Of a stretch of 64,000 nt of DNA, positions 12,685 to 19,963 are shown piece after piece. The DNA lies in assembly GCA_964057225.1 (NCBI GenBank), contig OZ059895.1:4402001-4466000 (forward strand), read 5' to 3'. The stretch is from Auanema rhodensis. Taxonomy: Eukaryota; Animalia; Nematoda. Numbering within the stretch: the stretch's first letter is position 1; every line of letters starts with the position of its first letter. A program made the position numbers and the translations under genes. The notes under the pieces were generated by a model, which saw only the letters and a list, made by a program, of their open reading frames with translations, did no database searches and was not told the origin of the DNA.

Positions 12685-15176
12685 AGTGGAGCGATCAGGA
12701 TGGCCTGTCGTCCTGAGTCTGCCAACTTGTTGATGGTCCTCTTGAGGAGGTGGAAGGGCGGGAAGACGAAGAGAAGTCCTTGCGGCAGCAGTTTCCAGCT
12801 GTGAGAGAAGGCGTCTACGCAGAATGCGTTCTCGTCTAGAAGGAAAGAGCAGTAAAGTGGTGCCTTTGCGTTCCAGGAGGATGCAAAAAGATCAAATGAA
12901 GGGGTACCGAATCTTTGGAAAATACTCGCAGTCGTCTCCGGATGGAGGGACCAATCTTCGTGAAGGCATCTACCCCTGGAGAGTTGGTCTGCGATGTGAT
13001 TCAGTCTGCCGGCGATGTGCGTTGCTCTGACTCGGATATTGCGCTCCCTGCAGAAGTGCCAGAGCTTACGGGCTATTTCCGAACCTCGTTCTGAGGCCGA
13101 GCCACCCCGCCTGTTGATGTAAGTTATCGCCGATGTGTTATCGATTAACAGTAACACGTCAATATTGCACCACTCAGTGCCGAAATGGACCAGGGCTTTG
13201 AAGGCCGCAATAAGTTCCAACCAGTTTATGTGATAAGCATATCTCTCCTCGATTGACCATTTCCCTGAGATAGTGTTGCCTTCCCATGATGCTCCATATC
13301 CTTCACCGGAGGCGTCCGATGTAATGGACAGGGATGGAGAGAAGGGTACAAGTGAACTCGGGGAGCCTAGTGTGCAAGATTCTTCTGATAGGAAGGCACG
13401 TAAGGTATCCCGAAGGTCTCCTACAATAGAGACCTGAGCGGGAAGCTCGTTGGGGTCGTTTAGGTTGGGAAAACCTATGTCTCGTAAATCTCTTTGAGTT
13501 TGTCTAACCCAAAAGGAAAAATGTGGGTGTACCACAGTGGCGAAGTTGATTCTCCCGAGGAGGGAGGCCAGTTTCCGGAGTGGGGAGGCCTGGGATCTGA
13601 GAAGGACCGACAGGGAGGTGCTTATAGCCTCCCGTTTCTCTGTTGGCAGGCGCCATTCAAGTGAGCGCGTGTCTATTTCTAAACCTAGAAAATCGAGCGA
13701 TTGGGTAGGGCTTAAGATGGATTTAAGCATGTTAATAGAGAAACCCGCGTCACGGAATAGATCTATAGCACGAGACGCATGATCGGCCACTCTTGTGGCT
13801 GACCTGTCTAGAAAAAGCCAGTCGTCAAGGTAGTTGATTAGGCGAATTCCCTGATCCCTGAGGAGCGCTGCAAGCACCCTCATCAGCTTATGAAACACGT
13901 ATGGGGCTGCGTTTAGGCCGAAAGGAAGGACGCAGAACACGTATGATCTGCCCTCTATATCAAAGCCCAGGTAGGGTTGATGTTCTATTGCCACAGGGAT
14001 AGAATGATAGGCCGACTGGAAGTCCACCTTGCATAACCAATCATTGCGTTGCAACACCGATGGGAGGTCCCTAACGGATTCCAGCTTGAACCGGGGTGTC
14101 TCTATGAAGGTGTTAAGCGTCTTCAAGTTGAGGATAAAGCGGCTGGACCCATCGGACTTGGGTACTAGAAAAGTAGAGGACCGGAAGATCCTTTCCCCAG
14201 GTCTAGCCGGTCTGATTGCCCCCGTCTCCAAAAGCTCCGCAAGGAGAGGGTTAGCCCGAAGGGATTGCGGTAACGATGTCAGATTTGACAGAAGGCGCTT
14301 AGGTTTACTCCCTGCGAAAGGGAGGCGGTAGCCTTTTACCGTCTGAAGGATATCCTGGTCTTTAGAGAGGGAACCCCAAAAGTCTAGGTGGGACGAAAGA
14401 GCACCTGCTCGAAAATGGACGCACCTGCTATAGGAGTTAGCCTTGTGGATGGGTCGTGTTGATGGTCCCGATCGTTGGTTCGATGACGGTCTTGGACGTT
14501 GATGATCTCGGGAACTTGAATTGGTTCTTGAGTTTCTAGAGAGTTCAGAGAAAGCCGAGATTTCTGCCCTTAGCTTCTTTCCGAAGAGTTCCGGGACTGA
14601 GTCCTGAGAATAAAGATTAATAGACGTTGGTCGCTTATGGCATCCTACCTCCTGAGAGTTGTCGAGAGACATGGTAGAACCGTAGAGCGGGGCCCTTTTG
14701 TAGCTAGGCATAGCCTTGATGGGCTGAGAGTACTTCATTTTAAGAAGTGCGATCTCTCTGAGGTGAGTATAATCCGTCTTGATATTGGCGCTGAGGAATC
14801 TTTCTGTCACGTTGATGTATGCCTGTTGTTTGGAGGAAAGTGGAGACTTGTTATCGATCTTCGCAAGTTTCCTGATGATCCGTAGGCCGGCGAGCGCATT
14901 GAGCGTGTTCTCGTAAGAGGCCCTGATGTCAGCCTCGCTTATCTTCACTGATGGCTTGACTGAGCTATCCACGTGGGTGGTGTATTTCTCATCCAGGCAT
15001 GGTAGACGGGCGACTGGAGAATCAAGTATTGGGAGCTCAGATAAGATGTCGGCTCTTTCAGTGTGCGTCATGGAGCAACCGGAGGCAAGACGCTCGAAGT
15101 CGGCAAGTTCGGAACCGGAGAGGCGGACTACAGGCCTGGTTCTAGGTCCTTGAGATTCTGGTTTCATCGAATGCAC
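12519..15176 (-). CDS. DIRS polyprotein: Gag-like N-terminus (about 250 aa), reverse transcriptase, RNase H, N6-adenine methyltransferase-like domain. First ATG at 15167.
   Basis: RT motifs RFILNLK, KVDFQSAY, LPFGL, YLDD (13821-13832). RNase H motifs SDAS, INWLEL, IDN, NHIADQLSR. MT motifs DLFAS, DAF, FPPF, LIAPLW...WF. The Gag assignment is positional only. Confidence 0.95.
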   Translation of the reverse strand: MHSMKPESQGPRTRPVVRLSGSELADFERLASGCSMTHTERADILSELPILDSPVARLPCLDEKYTTHVDSSVKPSVKISEADIRASYENTLNALAGLRIIRKLAKIDNKSPLSSKQQAYINVTERFLSANIKTDYTHLREIALLKMKYSQPIKAMPSYKRAPLYGSTMSLDNSQEVGCHKRPTSINLYSQDSVPELFGKKLRAEISAFSELSRNSRTNSSSRDHQRPRPSSNQRSGPSTRPIHKANSYSRCVHFRAGALSSHLDFWGSLSKDQDILQTVKGYRLPFAGSKPKRLLSNLTSLPQSLRANPLLAELLETGAIRPARPGERIFRSSTFLVPKSDGSSRFILNLKTLNTFIETPRFKLESVRDLPSVLQRNDWLCKVDFQSAYHSIPVAIEHQPYLGFDIEGRSYVFCVLPFGLNAAPYVFHKLMRVLAALLRDQGIRLINYLDDWLFLDRSATRVADHASRAIDLFRDAGFSINMLKSILSPTQSLDFLGLEIDTRSLEWRLPTEKREAISTSLSVLLRSQASPLRKLASLLGRINFATVVHPHFSFWVRQTQRDLRDIGFPNLNDPNELPAQVSIVGDLRDTLRAFLSEESCTLGSPSSLVPFSPSLSITSDASGEGYGASWEGNTISGKWSIEERYAYHINWLELIAAFKALVHFGTEWCNIDVLLLIDNTSAITYINRRGGSASERGSEIARKLWHFCRERNIRVRATHIAGRLNHIADQLSRGRCLHEDWSLHPETTASIFQRFGTPSFDLFASSWNAKAPLYCSFLLDENAFCVDAFSHSWKLLPQGLLFVFPPFHLLKRTINKLADSGRQAILIAPLWKSQIWFPLLSQLVQEPPMSLHHPSLLQDKKGNSHPLLGTRNFFLAAWRISPPT
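12525..12561 (-). promoter_or_regulatory. Putative -1 programmed ribosomal frameshift signal (A_AAU_UUU heptamer plus stem-loop), copy 1
   Basis: Minus strand AGA AAT TTT TTC CTG in the Pol frame; the YR frame is -1. A downstream hairpin TGGCG-GC-GTGGA-GGAT-TTCAC-CGCCA spans 12550-12525. Confidence 0.5.
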
Positions 15177-15933
15177 TATACTACATTGAGAAACGCTTAA
15201 TACAAAAATTAGTTATGATCGTTTGAAAAATGATGCATTAGTGTATGTTGAGTTTCCATGTACACTCAACATTGCTTCCAAAAACATTTTGACAAAAATT
15301 TTTTCGAAAAATTTCAAAATAATTTAGCAAAAAGTAGATGTTTTTAGATTCCTTTTTTTAAGGCAAAGATGATGGACAATGTTATTCAACAAAAAAATTA
15401 ATTCTTCAGGGTGAAAATCGAGGATATAAGTGTGAACTTATATCAGTAGATATCTCGGTGCATTTTTAAGCCAGCGCAAATCTGATAACACAGATCGACG
15501 CAGCTTAAAAATCCGCATCGAATGCACTATACTACATTGAGAAACGCTTAATACAAAAATTAGTTATGATCGTTTGAAAAATGATGCATTAGTGTATGTT
15601 GAGTTTCCATGTACACTCAACATTGCTTCCAAAAACATTTTGACAAAAATTTTTTCGAAAAATTTCAAAATAATTTAGCAAAAAGTAGATGTTTTTAGAT
15701 TCCTTTTTTTAAGGCAAAAATGATGGACAATGTTATTAAACGAAAAAATTAATTCTTCAGGGTGAAAATCGAGGATATAAGTGTGAACTTATATCAGTTG
15801 ATATCTCGGTGCATTTTTAAGCTAGCGCAAATCTGATAACACAGATCGACGCAGCTTAAAAATCCGCATCGAATGCACTATACTACATTGAGAAACGCTT
15901 AATACAAAAATTAGTTATGATCGTTTGAAAAAT
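15165..15933 (+). repeat. Satellite spacer between the two elements (769 bp = 2x351 + 67)
   Basis: Same monomer and orientation as the flanking arrays, left-subfamily type (TACTACATT). Confidence 0.98.
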
Positions 15934-16314
15934 AGAATTTTTTTACTATAATAAGACGTAAAAAAGAGATTATATTTATTCGACTGTTAGCTATATTGTT
16001 TACATTGACCTCACGTTACAAAAAAAAAATTTTTTTTGAATAGGGTAATAAGACCGTGGGAAAGGCGGGCTTTAAGTATTGGCGGGAACCGGGTTCTCAA
16101 GTCAATTCTATCAGTAAAACACTTCATAATTTCTAAAAAGTTAAAGGGGACACAAAACGATACTGACAGAGAGATCTTCGGATAAGGATGAGCAGGATCT
16201 ATCTTCTTGGAACTGGGTTCTTCGAGGGGCGTCGGAATCTAAAGAAAAACGTAATCTAGAGAGCGCGAGGAAGGGACTCCGTAGGTGGAGACCAAGGGGT
16301 GGAAGGTGGGACTC
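15934..16314 (-). repeat. 3' non-coding end of copy 2: right ITR plus rE
   Basis: 15931-15986 is the reverse complement of 16315-16370, as in copy 1. Confidence 0.75.
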
Positions 16315-16392
16315 CAGTCGAATAAATATAATCTCTTTTTTACGTCTTATTATAGTAAAAAAATTCTATTATATTTATTCGACTGTTAGCTA
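16315..16392. other. ICR of copy 2
   Basis: Same sequence as 11528-11605. Confidence 0.88.
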
Positions 16393-17471
16393 GTTAAAGA
16401 AAATAAGGAGTCCTGGAAAGAGCGTCTCTTGCAATAGTGTTTGAAGAAGGTGCTTTCCGAGGCCCAGTTAGCTGCGTCTAAGATAGTTTTGACAGGCAGT
16501 CCATTCTTAAAAGCTTTGGACGTAGCGGCAGCACGTACTGAGTGAGCTTTGAATTTTGTGGGGATTCCCGCTTCTTCTAGGCAAGTTCTAATCCAACCCG
16601 CTACCGTAGTTGCGACTACTGGTTCTCCTCTGTTAATGCTAACTAGAAGGTTTCGCGATCGACGAGTATGCATGGTAGCCGTCAGGTAGGCATTTATGCA
16701 ATCAATGGGGCAGACAAGAGGGCGTTCTGAATGGCTTTCGAAACAAGCTTCGCGGGGAGGGCCCTTGCCCCTATTCTTGTTCCTGAATTCGATGAAGAAG
16801 GTGACCCCTCGTGTGTCAAAGCGCATATGGTCGAGTGATAGCGCCGATAGTTCCGATGCTCGTTGAGGGGAGCACATAGCTAAGAGGGTAGCTAGCTTGC
16901 GGGTTAGACAGTCTAAGGACAGCGAATCGTTAGGACCTAGACTTTCTAGGTGAGCCAAGACCGTAGAAGGGTCCCAGATATCCATGTATCTAGCGTGTGG
17001 AGGCTTGGAACGATATATCCCGCGGAGAAGCTTTTTTAACATCGGATCGTCCCGGAGTGGGGGAGTTACGGAATAGTGTTCAGCGAGAAGGCAGAGAGCC
17101 GCCCTTGCTGTAGCAGCTGAGGAAAAACCGTTGTTCTCTGCTCGATGGGCTAAGAAATTGGCAACATTTTTTGCATTGGGGATGAACTCGATCTGGGATA
17201 GCTTGCAATAATTCTCCCAAGCTTTGTAAGCCGTGTTATATTGTTTTCGGGTACCAGGAGCGAAAGCGTTTACCAATAGTAGTTTGGTCTGGTCCGATAT
17301 TCCTTCTATGTTGGCGGTGAAATCCTCCACGCCGCCAGGAAAAAATTTCTTGTCCCCAGGAGGGGGTGAGAGTTGCCTTTCTTGTCTTGGAGAAGGCTGG
17401 GATGATGGAGGCTCATTGGGGGTTCCTGGACTAGTTGGGACAGAAGGGGAAACCAGATCTGGCTTTTCCAA
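16386..17471 (-). CDS. Tyrosine recombinase, copy 2
   Basis: Protein identical to 11599-12684, with the R...HSVR...W...Y signature. Confidence 0.95.
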   Translation of the reverse strand: MEKPDLVSPSVPTSPGTPNEPPSSQPSPRQERQLSPPPGDKKFFPGGVEDFTANIEGISDQTKLLLVNAFAPGTRKQYNTAYKAWENYCKLSQIEFIPNAKNVANFLAHRAENNGFSSAATARAALCLLAEHYSVTPPLRDDPMLKKLLRGIYRSKPPHARYMDIWDPSTVLAHLESLGPNDSLSLDCLTRKLATLLAMCSPQRASELSALSLDHMRFDTRGVTFFIEFRNKNRGKGPPREACFESHSERPLVCPIDCINAYLTATMHTRRSRNLLVSINRGEPVVATTVAGWIRTCLEEAGIPTKFKAHSVRAAATSKAFKNGLPVKTILDAANWASESTFFKHYCKRRSFQDSLFSLTS

Positions 17472-19963
17472 AGTGGAGCGATCAGGATGGCCTGTCGTCC
17501 TGAGTCTGCCAACTTGTTGATGGTCCTCTTGAGGAGGTGGAAGGGCGGGAAGACGAAGAGAAGTCCTTGCGGCAGCAGTTTCCAGCTGTGAGAGAAGGCG
17601 TCTACGCAGAATGCGTTCTCGTCTAGAAGGAAAGAGCAGTAAAGTGGTGCCTTTGCGTTCCAGGAGGATGCAAAAAGATCAAATGAAGGGGTACCGAATC
17701 TTTGGAAAATACTCGCAGTCGTCTCCGGATGGAGGGACCAATCTTCGTGAAGGCATCTACCCCTGGAGAGTTGGTCTGCGATGTGATTCAGTCTGCCGGC
17801 GATGTGCGTTGCTCTGACTCGGATATTGCGCTCCCTGCAGAAGTGCCAGAGCTTACGGGCTATTTCCGAACCTCGTTCTGAGGCCGAGCCACCCCGCCTG
17901 TTGATGTAAGTTATCGCCGATGTGTTATCGATTAACAGTAACACGTCAATATTGCACCACTCAGTGCCGAAATGGACCAGGGCTTTGAAGGCCGCAATAA
18001 GTTCCAACCAGTTTATGTGATAAGCATATCTCTCCTCGATTGACCATTTCCCTGAGATAGTGTTGCCTTCCCATGATGCTCCATATCCTTCACCGGAGGC
18101 GTCCGATGTAATGGACAGGGATGGAGAGAAGGGTACAAGTGAACTCGGGGAGCCTAGTGTGCAAGATTCTTCTGATAGGAAGGCACGTAAGGTATCCCGA
18201 AGGTCTCCTACAATAGAGACCTGAGCGGGAAGCTCGTTGGGGTCGTTTAGGTTGGGAAAACCTATGTCTCGTAAATCTCTTTGAGTTTGTCTAACCCAAA
18301 AGGAAAAATGTGGGTGTACCACAGTGGCGAAGTTGATTCTCCCGAGGAGGGAGGCCAGTTTCCGGAGTGGGGAGGCCTGGGATCTGAGAAGGACCGACAG
18401 GGAGGTGCTTATAGCCTCCCGTTTCTCTGTTGGCAGGCGCCATTCAAGTGAGCGCGTGTCTATTTCTAAACCTAGAAAATCGAGCGATTGGGTAGGGCTT
18501 AAGATGGATTTAAGCATGTTAATAGAGAAACCCGCGTCACGGAATAGATCTATAGCACGAGACGCATGATCGGCCACTCTTGTGGCTGACCTGTCTAGAA
18601 AAAGCCAGTCGTCAAGGTAGTTGATTAGGCGAATTCCCTGATCCCTGAGGAGCGCTGCAAGCACCCTCATCAGCTTATGAAACACGTATGGGGCTGCGTT
18701 TAGGCCGAAAGGAAGGACGCAGAACACGTATGATCTGCCCTCTATATCAAAGCCCAGGTAGGGTTGATGTTCTATTGCCACAGGGATAGAATGATAGGCC
18801 GACTGGAAGTCCACCTTGCATAACCAATCATTGCGTTGCAACACCGATGGGAGGTCCCTAACGGATTCCAGCTTGAACCGGGGTGTCTCTATGAAGGTGT
18901 TAAGCGTCTTCAAGTTGAGGATAAAGCGGCTGGACCCATCGGACTTGGGTACTAGAAAAGTAGAGGACCGGAAGATCCTTTCCCCAGGTCTAGCCGGTCT
19001 GATTGCCCCCGTCTCCAAAAGCTCCGCAAGGAGAGGGTTAGCCCGAAGGGATTGCGGTAACGATGTCAGATTTGACAGAAGGCGCTTAGGTTTACTCCCT
19101 GCGAAAGGGAGGCGGTAGCCTTTTACCGTCTGAAGGATATCCTGGTCTTTAGAGAGGGAACCCCAAAAGTCTAGGTGGGACGAAAGAGCACCTGCTCGAA
19201 AATGGACGCACCTGCTATAGGAGTTAGCCTTGTGGATGGGTCGTGTTGATGGTCCCGATCGTTGGTTCGATGACGGTCTTGGACGTTGATGATCTCGGGA
19301 ACTTGAATTGGTTCTTGAGTTTCTAGAGAGTTCAGAGAAAGCCGAGATTTCTGCCCTTAGCTTCTTTCCGAAGAGTTCCGGGACTGAGTCCTGAGAATAA
19401 AGATTAATAGACGTTGGTCGCTTATGGCATCCTACCTCCTGAGAGTTGTCGAGAGACATGGTAGAACCGTAGAGCGGGGCCCTTTTGTAGCTAGGCATAG
19501 CCTTGATGGGCTGAGAGTACTTCATTTTAAGAAGTGCGATCTCTCTGAGGTGAGTATAATCCGTCTTGATATTGGCGCTGAGGAATCTTTCTGTCACGTT
19601 GATGTATGCCTGTTGTTTGGAGGAAAGTGGAGACTTGTTATCGATCTTCGCAAGTTTCCTGATGATCCGTAGGCCGGCGAGCGCATTGAGCGTGTTCTCG
19701 TAAGAGGCCCTGATGTCAGCCTCGCTTATCTTCACTGATGGCTTGACTGAGCTATCCACGTGGGTGGTGTATTTCTCATCCAGGCATGGTAGACGGGCGA
19801 CTGGAGAATCAAGTATTGGGAGCTCAGATAAGATGTCGGCTCTTTCAGTGTGCGTCATGGAGCAACCGGAGGCAAGACGCTCGAAGTCGGCAAGTTCGGA
19901 ACCGGAGAGGCGGACTACAGGCCTGGTTCTAGGTCCTTGAGATTCTGGTTTCATCGAATGCAC
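17306..19963 (-). CDS. DIRS polyprotein (Gag-like, RT, RNase H, MT), copy 2. First ATG at 19954.
   Basis: Protein identical to 12519-15176. Confidence 0.95.
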   Translation of the reverse strand: MHSMKPESQGPRTRPVVRLSGSELADFERLASGCSMTHTERADILSELPILDSPVARLPCLDEKYTTHVDSSVKPSVKISEADIRASYENTLNALAGLRIIRKLAKIDNKSPLSSKQQAYINVTERFLSANIKTDYTHLREIALLKMKYSQPIKAMPSYKRAPLYGSTMSLDNSQEVGCHKRPTSINLYSQDSVPELFGKKLRAEISAFSELSRNSRTNSSSRDHQRPRPSSNQRSGPSTRPIHKANSYSRCVHFRAGALSSHLDFWGSLSKDQDILQTVKGYRLPFAGSKPKRLLSNLTSLPQSLRANPLLAELLETGAIRPARPGERIFRSSTFLVPKSDGSSRFILNLKTLNTFIETPRFKLESVRDLPSVLQRNDWLCKVDFQSAYHSIPVAIEHQPYLGFDIEGRSYVFCVLPFGLNAAPYVFHKLMRVLAALLRDQGIRLINYLDDWLFLDRSATRVADHASRAIDLFRDAGFSINMLKSILSPTQSLDFLGLEIDTRSLEWRLPTEKREAISTSLSVLLRSQASPLRKLASLLGRINFATVVHPHFSFWVRQTQRDLRDIGFPNLNDPNELPAQVSIVGDLRDTLRAFLSEESCTLGSPSSLVPFSPSLSITSDASGEGYGASWEGNTISGKWSIEERYAYHINWLELIAAFKALVHFGTEWCNIDVLLLIDNTSAITYINRRGGSASERGSEIARKLWHFCRERNIRVRATHIAGRLNHIADQLSRGRCLHEDWSLHPETTASIFQRFGTPSFDLFASSWNAKAPLYCSFLLDENAFCVDAFSHSWKLLPQGLLFVFPPFHLLKRTINKLADSGRQAILIAPLWKSQIWFPLLSQLVQEPPMSLHHPSLLQDKKGNSHPLLGTRNFFLAAWRISPPT
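17312..17348 (-). promoter_or_regulatory. Putative -1 frameshift signal, copy 2
   Basis: Same heptamer and hairpin as 12525-12561. Confidence 0.5.

Larger units (their letters stand above)
11147..15164 (-). mobile_element. DIRS1-like tyrosine-recombinase retrotransposon, copy 1 (left ITR absent)
   Basis: Abrupt switch from satellite to more GC-rich sequence. Encodes RT (YLDD), RNase H, a Dam-like MT and an overlapping YR. Has an ICR complementary to the 3' terminus. This combination is diagnostic of the DIRS1 superfamily. Confidence 0.96.
15934..19951 (-). mobile_element. DIRS1-like retrotransposon, copy 2 (offset 4,787 bp from copy 1, same junctions)
   Basis: All ORF translations are identical to copy 1 and the length is the same. 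The only difference noticed is A11T7 versus A10T8 (11243 vs 16030). Confidence 0.96.

Noticed and set aside
12446-15153. Six + strand ORFs of 68-100 aa, and their duplicates at 17233-19940
   Set aside because: They are antisense shadows of the Pol and YR frames, several have non-ATG starts, and none has a recognisable motif.
11599-15176. Bacterial prophage, retron or integron (integrase plus RT plus Dam)
   Set aside because: The RT-RNase H-MT order, overlapping YR and ICR/ITR structure match eukaryotic DIRS1 elements, and the context is satellite DNA.
11080-15231. 67-bp flanking repeat as a classical target-site duplication from LINE-type target-primed insertion
   Set aside because: There is no poly(A) tail or endonuclease, and the 3' junction matches the ATT core predicted by the ICR. 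In a tandem array any deletion yields an apparent duplication. It is kept only as a phase offset needing explanation.
15934-19951. Copy 2 as an assembly duplication artefact
   Set aside because: Both flanks carry distinct satellite variants and one internal difference exists. An artefact is unlikely, though only spanning reads can exclude it.
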